From positions 63,134-127,133 of IMG/VR virus record IMGVR_UViG_3300035105_000276: a stretch of DNA of 64,000 bases, one strand, 5' to 3'. The notes beneath the pieces were generated by a model, which was not told the origin of the DNA, did no database searches, and saw only the letters and a program-made list of their open reading frames with translations. The position numbers were made by a program, and so were the translations under genes. Of this stretch, positions 37,436-47,108 are shown one piece after another (position 1 is the stretch's first letter; each line of letters begins with the position of its first letter). This stretch comes from a virus.

Positions 37436-38326
37436 GTGCCGGAAGAAGTAAAACAGCCTTGGCTGATTAGGGAGAGTAACCCACTCTATGCGGGTGAGGA
37501 GGCAGGTGCCCAGCAGCGCATAAGTGGTGGAGATTTCGACCATTTTATCTTTGCTGTAAAATGTAACCTGGCAGCACGTATCTATGAGTTTAGTGGCAGT
37601 GATTATTACGGTGAACTATTTCCTTTACTGGCTCGATTATTCTCTGCTGTGGATAAACAGGGTGAAGTGGGTGATGTGGATGAGCCCCGTTGGGCAACGG
37701 ATATTTCTCTGATGGTTACTCAGATTCTCTCTCTGGTTGAGGCTGTATCCACAGCGGTTCAGATGCCGATGCTTGTGGATTTGGGTAGGAAGTCTTTGCT
37801 GGCTGGGCCTTCTGATGTAATTTCAGGCCCTTTGTTTTTCACTGAAACAGAGGCTCCATATGTAAGTTTTTCCACTTTTTCATCTACCAGTAAGACCAGT
37901 TTGTACCAGGAGTATCTGGCTGTCGAGGATCGTGTAATCTCAGATATTTGCTCAGGAGTTCTTGATGTTGAAGAGGAGACTGGGGTTTCTGTAGTTGAAG
38001 AAGACTTGCTTCGAAAGATGCCGCATTTGGTCGCAACGGCAGCAGAGGTTGGCCGGGAATTGATTCCCACAGAGCGGAAAATGGCTCAGGTCCACGGGTT
38101 CATGGTTAAGAATGCAACGGAGCTGTTTTACAATGAGTTTCACCCACGAGTATCCCCTGTGCTCAATGATGTTTTTTCTTTCTACGGATCATATTCAGCT
38201 TTGATGAAGATTATGGTCCCTGTGGCTTGGAACTGGGTTGTGCGGGAGAGTACAGTGCATGCTACCTCTGAAGTAACAGGTATAGCTCTCGTTTCTGAGC
38301 TAATCAAGAGGATGGATAATGACTGA
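37436..38326 (+). CDS. Hypothetical protein
   Basis: AAGGAG RBS, GTG start. Confidence 0.7.
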   Translation: MPEEVKQPWLIRESNPLYAGEEAGAQQRISGGDFDHFIFAVKCNLAARIYEFSGSDYYGELFPLLARLFSAVDKQGEVGDVDEPRWATDISLMVTQILSLVEAVSTAVQMPMLVDLGRKSLLAGPSDVISGPLFFTETEAPYVSFSTFSSTSKTSLYQEYLAVEDRVISDICSGVLDVEEETGVSVVEEDLLRKMPHLVATAAEVGRELIPTERKMAQVHGFMVKNATELFYNEFHPRVSPVLNDVFSFYGSYSALMKIMVPVAWNWVVRESTVHATSEVTGIALVSELIKRMDND

Positions 38327-38621
38327 GAAGATTCAGCACTATGACCCTGATGGTGAACCCTTGGGGGAGTGGTACCCGGGGCAGTTTATTGGGTGGAGCC
38401 TGGATGGCAGCTGGGCCGGTGAAGGGTTCATGGCTTTGCCAGTACAGGCACATGGTATTTTCCTGCCTGTTTTTGTATGGAATGATGTAGGTGGTTCTGT
38501 GTCTGAGCATACCTCTATCCAATCAGAAGATGAGTACCACGAAGCAATGGCTCAGGTAGAGACAGTTCAATTTTTTATGAAATTGATCCAAAGTACAATC
38601 GGGTCAAAGGAGGTTACTTGA
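38319..38621 (+). CDS. Hypothetical protein
   Basis: Coupled ORF. Confidence 0.6.
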   Translation: MTEKIQHYDPDGEPLGEWYPGQFIGWSLDGSWAGEGFMALPVQAHGIFLPVFVWNDVGGSVSEHTSIQSEDEYHEAMAQVETVQFFMKLIQSTIGSKEVT

Positions 38622-38641
38622 TTCACAGAAATAGCTCTTTT

Positions 38642-39046
38642 ATGGCACACAGAATTTTCATAGCTATCTCCTGCATTCTGCTGGTTATGTCCATGGCTGG
38701 CTGTGGGGTACATCACCAGTCCAGAGTGGAAATGGGGTATAAGACGCTCAGTGCTGCCGGCATTGCCTATGATAATGCCATGACTGCACTGGCAGACTTG
38801 GATAACCAGGGCTTGTTGTCTGAGGAACTCAAGGAAAAGATTATCTTTAACGCAGAAGTATACCGTGAGGCCCACCATACATGTGTAGACGCTCTTACTT
38901 CGTATGCCAGGCTGCAGTCTCATACTTCTGAAAAAGATGTGGAAGAAACTATGTCTGATTTCCTTGTTTTTTATAAAGATTTCATGGACTTGGCTTTTTC
39001 TGTGCTCAGAAAATACCAGGATGATGCTTTAGGGGAGGGGGGTTGA
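38642..39046 (+). CDS. Lipoprotein
   Basis: Signal peptide with lipobox MAG-C. Confidence 0.7.
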   Translation: MAHRIFIAISCILLVMSMAGCGVHHQSRVEMGYKTLSAAGIAYDNAMTALADLDNQGLLSEELKEKIIFNAEVYREAHHTCVDALTSYARLQSHTSEKDVEETMSDFLVFYKDFMDLAFSVLRKYQDDALGEGG

Positions 39047-39225
39047 TGGATTCAAAAAAAGTGGAATTTACCCTGGTTATTACAGAGATGATTCTAAAAT
39101 ACGGTGTACCGGCTGCCGTTCAGGCAGTGCAATCATTTAGTACAACTGATCCGTCTATTGAAGAGATCAGGGCTTTGAAGCTGATGGTCAAAGATCCGAA
39201 ACATTATTTTTCATCGGATACTTAA
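39043..39225 (+). CDS. Small hypothetical protein
   Basis: GGAGG RBS, coupled. Confidence 0.6.
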   Translation: MMDSKKVEFTLVITEMILKYGVPAAVQAVQSFSTTDPSIEEIRALKLMVKDPKHYFSSDT

Positions 39226-39284
39226 CATAGGGTGAAAACCCTACCAATCTTTAATGTTTAGTACACTTGTGAAGAGAGAGGTAT

Positions 39285-39773
39285 ATGTTTACAAAAACAG
39301 CGTGGTCTGTGGGTTCTTTGAGGAGAGTGATCCCCGGGTGGGCCTGGAAGGCAGACGTTGCCGGTGTAGGACCAGTTAGCACTGCCATTAACACAGCGGA
39401 AGTTGCCTCTGGTAATGCTTCCGTGGGTGAAGCACTTGCGGGGTCTTCCGCGGGTGGTGTTTCTTTTCTGGGTTTGCAGAGAGCCATGCGGGCTCCGGCC
39501 GGCAAGGTGACTTCGGCATTATCCAGATTTGTACCAAAAGCTACGAGTGCTGCAACCAGAGGTCAGCGTTTCATGTCGAAACTTCCAGGCCGTATGGGTA
39601 CTGTGGCATCTTTTGGCACAGCAATGCTAGGCAGTGGCGTAATTGGTAACAAAGCCAGGCGTGTAGCTAAAAAGCATGCTCCCATTTGGAAGCGTGAGAC
39701 TCTGGCAAAACCTTTACAGGAGCTTACCACGGAACAACGAGACCTTCTGAACAAATACACTTTCAGGAGCTGA
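39285..39773 (+). CDS. MFTKTA-family putative virion internal protein
   Basis: N-terminal TKTA; Gly/Ala-rich. Confidence 0.55.
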   Translation: MFTKTAWSVGSLRRVIPGWAWKADVAGVGPVSTAINTAEVASGNASVGEALAGSSAGGVSFLGLQRAMRAPAGKVTSALSRFVPKATSAATRGQRFMSKLPGRMGTVASFGTAMLGSGVIGNKARRVAKKHAPIWKRETLAKPLQELTTEQRDLLNKYTFRS

Positions 39774-39835
39774 TTCATTTTTCACAAACTACCAAGAAGT
39801 TAATTGTAATTTACACAAAATAAGGATTTTTCACA

Positions 39836-40519
39836 ATGGATAAGATCGCAGAACAGGTAAAAAAAGCAGAAGTCAATGGATTCGTGGCTGGCCTGGTTGA
39901 TACGGGTATTCTCAAAGTTGCCAACGATGAAGAACTGGCCATTGTCGCGGACGTGATCGCTGAAAACCTGCCCGAAGATTACACCATGGAAGATGCCATG
40001 GCCGTTGCCGCCGAGGTGGTTGATGCCCTGGAAGGCGGAGAGGGGATGACCGATGAAGAGGCGGCTGCCCTGGCTGCTGCTGAAGCAGAAGGAACAGGAG
40101 AGGGCATGGTGGTTGAGGCTTCTGATAAAGATGAGGTTAACGTCACCGCGGCTATGGCTGCTTTGGGTGAACTTAGTATGGCCAAAGAGGCGGGGGATAT
40201 TTCTGAGGAAGATTTCAAGAAAGAAGCTGCCCCTATCCAGCAGATGATTCGGTCTGTCAAAAGATTGCCTGGTAATTTGGCTGCAAAAGCAAGCGCTGCC
40301 AAGGGTAATTATGCTGATGCTCTTACTGGCAACAAGAAACGTATCGCTTTCCTGGAAAACAGAGCCCGCAAATCCAGTGGTAAACAGCTTCATAACATTG
40401 GCCAGCAGCTGCGTGATGCACGGAAAGCAACCACGAGAGCTCGTGTAGGCACTGCCGCAGCAGGTGCCGGCACAACCGCCGTTGGTGGAAAAGCCCTGTA
40501 CGACAAGTATAATCAGTAG
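39836..40519 (+). CDS. Putative head internal protein with multiple K-x-A motifs
   Basis: DKIA, KKA, LKVA, AKEA, KKEA; acidic N-half, basic C-half. Confidence 0.55.
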   Translation: MDKIAEQVKKAEVNGFVAGLVDTGILKVANDEELAIVADVIAENLPEDYTMEDAMAVAAEVVDALEGGEGMTDEEAAALAAAEAEGTGEGMVVEASDKDEVNVTAAMAALGELSMAKEAGDISEEDFKKEAAPIQQMIRSVKRLPGNLAAKASAAKGNYADALTGNKKRIAFLENRARKSSGKQLHNIGQQLRDARKATTRARVGTAAAGAGTTAVGGKALYDKYNQ

Positions 40520-40665
40520 AAAGAATTCGCTACCTTGCCGGGGAGGTTATCTCCGGAAGTCTGGGTATTAAAAATGCCTGGGCGTTTTGTAATCCTTTCT
40601 CCTGCATGGTAGGCCCCGAAAGGGGCCTGCCTAATTACATTTACGTTCTACAAAAAGACAAGAAT

Positions 40666-41085
40666 ATGATCACAAAAAAAGCAGAGGAAACCCTTCAGGA
40701 CTTAGGGGTAGTGGACTCTACCAGGGTAACAAACAGGGCTATGCGACGTAAGGACTCTGGGTTTGGGAAGTATATCGCGGATGATGAACTGGTCGGAAAA
40801 CGGTATACCAAGGGTCTGGTTGAAGCTATCAAAGGCGGATTACTCGGGGCAGGCGGCGGAGCACTTTTAGGTGTTGCTTCAAGAAAACGTGGTATGCCAG
40901 GACTGGGTGCACTGGCTGGAGGTGCTTTAGGTGCTACAATTGGGGATGCCAAAGGTACTTATGATGCGGATAAGGAGTTTTTGGAGCAGCGGGGTATCCG
41001 AACCCGGAGATTTCCCCATATGCTGCTGGGTAAAGTTTCTGTAACTCCGGAGGCTAAAACCAGATTTCTCCCGGAATACAGATAG
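40666..41085 (+). CDS. MITKKA-family Gly-zipper protein
   Basis: N-terminal motif and GxxxG segments. Confidence 0.55.
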   Translation: MITKKAEETLQDLGVVDSTRVTNRAMRRKDSGFGKYIADDELVGKRYTKGLVEAIKGGLLGAGGGALLGVASRKRGMPGLGALAGGALGATIGDAKGTYDADKEFLEQRGIRTRRFPHMLLGKVSVTPEAKTRFLPEYR

Positions 41086-41097
41086 GAGTTACCCACA

Positions 41098-41454
41098 ATG
41101 ATAACAAAAACCGCCAACACTTTCTTCGGAGCCCTCTCCGGTGCCATGAGTTCTTCCGTTCTCACCCCCGAAGAAAAACAAACCCTGAAAGAAGAATATG
41201 GCCTTGACGCAAAAGCCAATCTTCTTGCCCGAAACGCTGCCAGGGGGGCCATTGGAGGTGGTTTAGGCGCAGGGGCCGTCAGTCTTATGGGTAAACTGCG
41301 AAAACGTCCTCCGACGGCGGTAGGCCAGTTGCTCGGAGTGGGGGCCGGCATGGCTGGCGGTGGGGTTGCATCTGTAAAATATTCAAAGCCGAACGCTGCA
41401 GCGATCCGGCTCAACAAAATCGAAGAAAAACTCAAACAGTTGGAGGCCAGGTAA
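41098..41454 (+). CDS. MITKTA-family Gly-zipper protein
   Basis: N-terminal motif and GxxxG segments. Confidence 0.55.
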   Translation: MITKTANTFFGALSGAMSSSVLTPEEKQTLKEEYGLDAKANLLARNAARGAIGGGLGAGAVSLMGKLRKRPPTAVGQLLGVGAGMAGGGVASVKYSKPNAAAIRLNKIEEKLKQLEAR

Positions 41455-41457
41455 TTC

Positions 41458-43473
41458 ATGGCAATTTCACCTCTCGTGCAGCAGCATCAAAGAACAATTG
41501 TCCAGCAGAGTTCTGACTCTACTCAGATGAATTTTAACAAAGAATTCGGGGATGCTGCCTACGAGCTTCTGGGTGCAAAATTCCCGCGGCTTCTCCCGTT
41601 CGTTATCACCTTCAAGGTTATTGACCAGGGGGAGCGTGAAGACGATGATGGGTCTGCTGTCGGGGTGTTTGTGGTATCCCGGGGAGGGGATGTAGCCTAC
41701 ATTCCTGTGGTTATGAGCCAGGGGTCCATTGTGTCCTGTGAAATGCTTTACTCCAAATCGGATGATTCGTTGTTCCCCATTATTCCGAAGATGGTTAAAA
41801 AAATTGTATCGGAGAACATGACCCAGGAGCATTCTCTGGTGAAAGATCCTCCGGTAGAAAATACCCGGCAGCTTTACACGAATATGTTCAGACCCCCCAT
41901 GTCTTCCCGTCCGGTGATTGCTGGTTCTACGGATCTGGTGGAACAGCTGCCAGATGGCGCTAAAAAAGCCCTGTCAAAATACTTTGAAGAGAATCCGACC
42001 ATGCTTGCCAAGGTGGCATCCTTTTATCCGGTTGAAGCGCTGGCTGAAAAACTGGCGGTAGGCTCGCACACGGAAAAACAGGCCAATGAGCAGGAGATTG
42101 AAAGTATGCGGTACCTGGATAAGGTGCTGTGTCTGGAAGATCTCACAAAGGAAGCGGCTGAAGAGCTGTCTGATGGTGCCAAGGCTGAAGTGCTGGAAGT
42201 GGGGTATACGATTATCGAACCTCCAGAACAGCCTGTGGAAGTTTTAATGGTGGAAGAGATTCCCAAAGCAGCAGAAAGCGTTTTAAAGGCTGCTGAGTAT
42301 GAAATGACCGGGGATTTATCTGGTACAGGCAAGCTGCTGCGGTTTGATGGGAATTCCATTGTACTGGAACGGTGCGTGGTTTCAAATGGGAATATTATCA
42401 CTCAGGTAAATACGTATTATTGTGGTGAAAAATCCATTGTTCTGTGTGATTTTCAGGAAGGAATTACCCTGGATAATGCAGTGGACATTTTGCCACTGAT
42501 GTCAGTTAAAGAGTATGTTACCAAACACTCAGAGTGTACCCAGGGCCAGGAGTACCCCACCTTGGTCTGTGTTGCATATCCTACAAGGTCTAGCGTTTTC
42601 AAATTTGATAATATCGATGGTGCCTTTAAAGGGTCCCGTAATATCGATGGCACTTTGTGGGTTGATTTTGGGTATAATAGCCGTACTTCCCATTGTTTTT
42701 CCCCGGAAATTCAGGTGGGTGCTTTCAAAGTGGGTACTGATTCCAAAGCGTACCCCTTGGCCTCTTATATGATGGTTTCCAGACCTATCCGGAGGCTGCC
42801 CTCTTACTATGTAACTGATATGGATTTTGCGGTCCGCCTGGTCTCCCGGGCCTGCCCCGTTCTCCAGCTGAAAAAAGATGCATCGGATTACTCTCTCATT
42901 GACAGGTTCTCTGGACAGACCACGAAATTGGCATCTGAGATGGCTTTGGTTAATCACCTGGTATCAGAGTATCAGTTTGATAAGACGGCTGTGGATAAGC
43001 TCCTGAAAGCCGGTAAAGTTCACCTGGTGAAGCAGGCTGAGTATCTGCCTATGGGTAAGTCTGAAATACCTTCAGGCACTCCGCTTATGCCGGCCACTCC
43101 CGGAATGCAGATGCAGCAGGGCCATGAGGAGGATGACTCCTACCTGGTGGATGAATCCGTAATCCAGGATATGGTTGAATTCGAGGATCCGGATATGCTG
43201 GATACCGGCCTGGTCGGTTCTCTGGCTCATGCAGATGATATCAAAGCGCTGCTTATTGATTCCGTGCAGGTACTTTCGGACGCGGTCACTGAGCTGGGTA
43301 AATCCGTACTTCTGTTTTCTATCAAAAAAGGGGAGATGGAGTCCCATTACGGCAGGGAAGAGTTCAGCGGTGTGGCGCACAGTCTTCGGACCGGGTTCAC
43401 CACCTTGGGCGGACTGGTGTTCTCCATCAAAGAGTACACCAATAACGTATCCTATGATTATGACGAAGCATAG
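41458..43473 (+). CDS. Large putative virion/prohead protein
   Basis: 671 aa, repeated K-x-A motifs, head-gene context. Confidence 0.6.
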   Translation: MAISPLVQQHQRTIVQQSSDSTQMNFNKEFGDAAYELLGAKFPRLLPFVITFKVIDQGEREDDDGSAVGVFVVSRGGDVAYIPVVMSQGSIVSCEMLYSKSDDSLFPIIPKMVKKIVSENMTQEHSLVKDPPVENTRQLYTNMFRPPMSSRPVIAGSTDLVEQLPDGAKKALSKYFEENPTMLAKVASFYPVEALAEKLAVGSHTEKQANEQEIESMRYLDKVLCLEDLTKEAAEELSDGAKAEVLEVGYTIIEPPEQPVEVLMVEEIPKAAESVLKAAEYEMTGDLSGTGKLLRFDGNSIVLERCVVSNGNIITQVNTYYCGEKSIVLCDFQEGITLDNAVDILPLMSVKEYVTKHSECTQGQEYPTLVCVAYPTRSSVFKFDNIDGAFKGSRNIDGTLWVDFGYNSRTSHCFSPEIQVGAFKVGTDSKAYPLASYMMVSRPIRRLPSYYVTDMDFAVRLVSRACPVLQLKKDASDYSLIDRFSGQTTKLASEMALVNHLVSEYQFDKTAVDKLLKAGKVHLVKQAEYLPMGKSEIPSGTPLMPATPGMQMQQGHEEDDSYLVDESVIQDMVEFEDPDMLDTGLVGSLAHADDIKALLIDSVQVLSDAVTELGKSVLLFSIKKGEMESHYGREEFSGVAHSLRTGFTTLGGLVFSIKEYTNNVSYDYDEA

Positions 43474-43481
43474 AAATTGAA

Positions 43482-44198
43482 TTGTACACATCAGTCACAG
43501 AGTTATTGGAGAGAAAAGCCAGGCGTGTGGAATCAGATATTAAAAGAGGTAAGCCTCTTGATGTATCTTGCTATTCGACGAGCATGCAGCAGTACTACTA
43601 TTTTCTGGCTCCGTACCTCCACGATAAACTGGACCCTGTGTACCAGTATGCGTTTTTTATGCGTGGTCAGCCGGTTCAAAGAGAGATTATTGAATCATTG
43701 ATTCTCAGTGACGCCACACCAGAAAGAGTGCAGGATATTTTTGAGGTGCAGCCGGTAACGTTTGAAACGTACAAAGAGTTGTTTTTTGAAACTGATAACC
43801 TGGTGTCTAAGCTGGATATGGTTTCATACCTGGAAGATTATCCAGATGATATGGGTCGGGCGCTGAAAGTAAGGGCATACACCCTGGGCCCCGATTTTTT
43901 ATTTTTCAGGTACGGAAACATCACCCCTTCCACTTCCAGTCAGAAAGACCTGGTTAAAAAGATTTTCTTAACCAGTGCCTATAAAGCCATGGAAGCCAAT
44001 TATAATAGTGTAGGTGCTGCCAATTCCAAAGCTGCAACCCAGCATGCGACTGTGATGCTGAAGGCGTATGAAGCGATTATGCGACTGATGGAGGATCCGG
44101 AATCCCAGGCTGGAGAAGCCTTGATGAAAGTTCTGATAGGGGAGAATGACCATACAGTGAGTGCCCGTAAAGCAGTGCCGTCCGGGGAGATTATATGA
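43482..44198 (+). CDS. Hypothetical protein
   Basis: ORF in structural operon. Confidence 0.65.
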   Translation: MYTSVTELLERKARRVESDIKRGKPLDVSCYSTSMQQYYYFLAPYLHDKLDPVYQYAFFMRGQPVQREIIESLILSDATPERVQDIFEVQPVTFETYKELFFETDNLVSKLDMVSYLEDYPDDMGRALKVRAYTLGPDFLFFRYGNITPSTSSQKDLVKKIFLTSAYKAMEANYNSVGAANSKAATQHATVMLKAYEAIMRLMEDPESQAGEALMKVLIGENDHTVSARKAVPSGEII

Positions 44199-44335
44199 TC
44201 AAATACAATTATGAATTTGACGCTGAAGATGATGAAAAGCGTAAGCACCTGGTTCAAAAAGACTCGGATAAAGATTCTGATGATAGCAGCAATGACACGG
44301 AAAACGACAACCACAATTCACAGGAAACAGATTAA
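44195..44335 (+). CDS. Small acidic protein (46 aa)
   Basis: Manual translation; overlaps both neighbours. Confidence 0.45.
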   Translation: MIKYNYEFDAEDDEKRKHLVQKDSDKDSDDSSNDTENDNHNSQETD

Positions 44336-45147
44336 TGTTTTTAGAAAGCAATTCCAAGAATTTTGACAAGTTTGCGGAAGACGTAGTCGCGTCTTTTATC
44401 AGCGGGTCCACTCCGCTGGACGATGCCATTGTTAAGCTGGCAAATGAAAATGCACTGTTGCCTGAGGAGGTGAAACGGGTTGTCGAGAAATCCAATACCC
44501 TGGCTACAATTCAGTTGATCAAGGTGGCCCAGGACGGGGAGCTTACTTTTACCCTGGCGGATGCTTCAAAGATTCTGAAACAGACACATCCGGAGAATAT
44601 GCCTGCTGTACCGGCTATCCCAGCCTCAGATGCCCAGGCATCTTTAGGGGAAATGATTAATACATTGAAGACGGCTGCGGATGCAGATGCGTATTTTAAA
44701 AGTTTTGCCAAACCCAGAGAAAAAACAGCTGGAGACAAAGCCTCAAAATTGGCCCTGCGCGAAGTATTTTCCCTGAAAAAGAAGATGGAAGAGCTGGGCC
44801 GGCAGAAGGTGGCCTGCGAGCTCCAATTTAAGAAATCTGCGGATAAACTGCTGTCTGATTTCAGTGGGCTGTATAGCCCTGATTTCCAGAAGTTTGCCTG
44901 TGAAGCATACACTATGTGCGGTGCGTCCTCCAAACCGCTGCTGGAAGCTTTGGCTTCGGATATTAAAGAGCCACTGAGTCTGGAGAAAGTGGCATATTGT
45001 GTGGATGATGTGTCTGATAAACAGCTGGTGCTTTTCAAGCAGGCACATGAATCCATCTCTAAAGTGTGCAGCTTGTCCGAAGAGCTGGTGATCACTCGCA
45101 CAAAATTGGCAAAAGCATGGGATGACGTAAAAAAAGAGGGGCGGTAA
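44335..45147 (+). CDS. Putative prohead core protein with K-x-A motifs
   Basis: DKFA, VKLA, IKVA, LKTA, EKTA, EKVA. Confidence 0.55.
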   Translation: MFLESNSKNFDKFAEDVVASFISGSTPLDDAIVKLANENALLPEEVKRVVEKSNTLATIQLIKVAQDGELTFTLADASKILKQTHPENMPAVPAIPASDAQASLGEMINTLKTAADADAYFKSFAKPREKTAGDKASKLALREVFSLKKKMEELGRQKVACELQFKKSADKLLSDFSGLYSPDFQKFACEAYTMCGASSKPLLEALASDIKEPLSLEKVAYCVDDVSDKQLVLFKQAHESISKVCSLSEELVITRTKLAKAWDDVKKEGR

Positions 45148-45150
45148 TTT

Positions 45151-46068
45151 ATGGAGTATTCTCCGGGTTTGAGTAAGTCAGACGTGATTATCGCACTTTT
45201 GGAGGAAGACCCTGCAATGTCCGCGAGCAACCTGGCTTTAATGGCTGGCTCTACCAACCGGTATGCTCGCAAAGTCCGTGCAAGGTACAGGGAGGATTTG
45301 GCTAAAAGGGCGTGGACTTCAGGGGGTCTGGACCCCGATACAAAATTCAGAGCACTTGTTTTTGCGGATGTGCATGCTCCGTACCACAGCAGGGAAAATC
45401 TGGACCGGATGCTGTATGCCTGCCGGGATATGAAGATAGACGTTCTGGTATCCAATGGAGATTTTCTGGATGCGTATGACATCAGTTTCTGGAAAACGGA
45501 TCCAACCCGTATGCGATTCCCGGACGAGGTGGATGCAGCTAAGAAAGTGCTTCGGGAAATTACAGGAGCTTTCCCTGGAATAACCAAAATTTACCTGGAA
45601 GGGAACCATGAGCTTCGCCTGAAATCTTTCCTTATGGATAAAGCGGAAAAGCTTTATGGGTTGAAAGCCCTTACTATTGAAAGCTTGCTGGAACTCAGGC
45701 AGATGGGCTGGCAGTTCATTAGCAACAGAGATCGGTTGATGTCCAACCAGCCGCCGTTCACCCTGGGCAATCTTTTTGTACTGCATGGCCATGAGATGCG
45801 TGTGACTACTTCTGCGGTGAATTTGCCCCGGCTTTATTTTCAGAAAGCCATGGCTCCGGTGCTGGTGGCCCATCACCATACTACTCAGGAGTACGTGGCC
45901 AAACGTATAGACCATGAGTACCTGAAAAGCTACACAATGGGGTGTTTGTGTGATCTGTCCGTAGAGTATATGCCGGTGAATAACTGGAATGGGGGGTACG
46001 CGGTTGTGGAGTGGGACTGTACCGGTAAGTTCATAGTAGATAACGTCAGATTCGGGAGTAACGGGTAA
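45151..46068 (+). CDS. Calcineurin-like metallophosphoesterase with N-terminal HTH-like segment
   Basis: DVH, GDFLD, GNHE, HGH, HHH motifs. Confidence 0.85.
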   Translation: MEYSPGLSKSDVIIALLEEDPAMSASNLALMAGSTNRYARKVRARYREDLAKRAWTSGGLDPDTKFRALVFADVHAPYHSRENLDRMLYACRDMKIDVLVSNGDFLDAYDISFWKTDPTRMRFPDEVDAAKKVLREITGAFPGITKIYLEGNHELRLKSFLMDKAEKLYGLKALTIESLLELRQMGWQFISNRDRLMSNQPPFTLGNLFVLHGHEMRVTTSAVNLPRLYFQKAMAPVLVAHHHTTQEYVAKRIDHEYLKSYTMGCLCDLSVEYMPVNNWNGGYAVVEWDCTGKFIVDNVRFGSNG

Positions 46069-46469
46069 TGGCAATTACAAAACAGGCCAGTATGTTTACG
46101 GGAGCAGCCAGACAGATTTGGGGTGGGCTTCGGGGTGCGGCGAATACAGTAGGTAAGGTTGGTCAACCATTTATGCGTGCAGGGTGGGGTGCTACCAAAG
46201 GTGTTGGTAAAGCAGGACTGACCACGGCAAATGCAGCCGGCAGGTTCGCTGCCAAAAATCCCGGCAAAGCACTGGGTATTACAGCAACTGGGGCCTGGCT
46301 GGGTACTGAGGCCCCAAAAAGGTATCGTAAGTGGGCATCTTACTCTGATCCGAATCAGCATTTTTACACGCCGTCTCCGATTCTTAAACGGTTGAACACA
46401 TCCGGTAACAATCCGCAGACGCAGCAGTTCATGAATCAGCAGGCAAAATTTCACAACAGACTTTATTAA
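46068..46469 (+). CDS. AITKQA-family Gly/Ala-rich putative virion protein
   Basis: N-terminal TKQA. Confidence 0.55.
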   Translation: MAITKQASMFTGAARQIWGGLRGAANTVGKVGQPFMRAGWGATKGVGKAGLTTANAAGRFAAKNPGKALGITATGAWLGTEAPKRYRKWASYSDPNQHFYTPSPILKRLNTSGNNPQTQQFMNQQAKFHNRLY

Positions 46470-46484
46470 GCGGGGAAAAAATAC

Positions 46485-46940
46485 ATGACAAAAGCATATG
46501 ACATGGCAATGAAAAAAACGGCGAGTATGTACTCAACTATCCGGGATGGTTTTCGGTCTTCAGATCTTAAAGAAATTGGGATGGCATCTAAGTTGACTGC
46601 GGGGTCGCTGGGAACAGCTATGCTCTCTGCATTTGTCATCAAAAAAGCATTTGATAAAGCTATGACCGATATCAAGCGTAAAGCAATGCTCGAAGATCTG
46701 ATCATGAATGATCCGATTATCCGCCGTGCGGACAGAGACAAGGTTAAACAGTTCTATGCCACTATTCACAGCATTGCTCCGAAAATCAGTGGGGACAAAA
46801 GTGTGGTGAAAGAACTGCTCCAGAACTTTATCCGATTTGACCGGGTGGATCTGAACAGTGTGAAGACCCTGGCCGATACTCAGAAATCCATTGTACAGGC
46901 CGAAGGCAAGGGCCTGGAAATGATGTCCAAAATTTTCTAA
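46485..46940 (+). CDS. Putative virion protein
   Basis: MKKTA motif near N-terminus; hydrophobic segment. Confidence 0.55.
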   Translation: MTKAYDMAMKKTASMYSTIRDGFRSSDLKEIGMASKLTAGSLGTAMLSAFVIKKAFDKAMTDIKRKAMLEDLIMNDPIIRRADRDKVKQFYATIHSIAPKISGDKSVVKELLQNFIRFDRVDLNSVKTLADTQKSIVQAEGKGLEMMSKIF

Positions 46941-46964
46941 CACCCTACACAGGCAGGTGATCTC

Positions 46965-47108
46965 ATGGAAGGCCAAAAAGTAGTATCAGAACGAACATTG
47001 GAAAAGCTGGGAGAAGCCCTGTACATCCGGATGCAGTATAAAAAGCAGGCTGAGGATGCACAAAAGGCAGTGGATTACCTGGCGGAAGAAGGGGTTATTA
47101 ATGATTAA
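46965..47108 (+). CDS. Small protein (47 aa)
   Basis: AGGTGA RBS; contains KKQA; overlaps protease start. Confidence 0.5.
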   Translation: MEGQKVVSERTLEKLGEALYIRMQYKKQAEDAQKAVDYLAEEGVIND

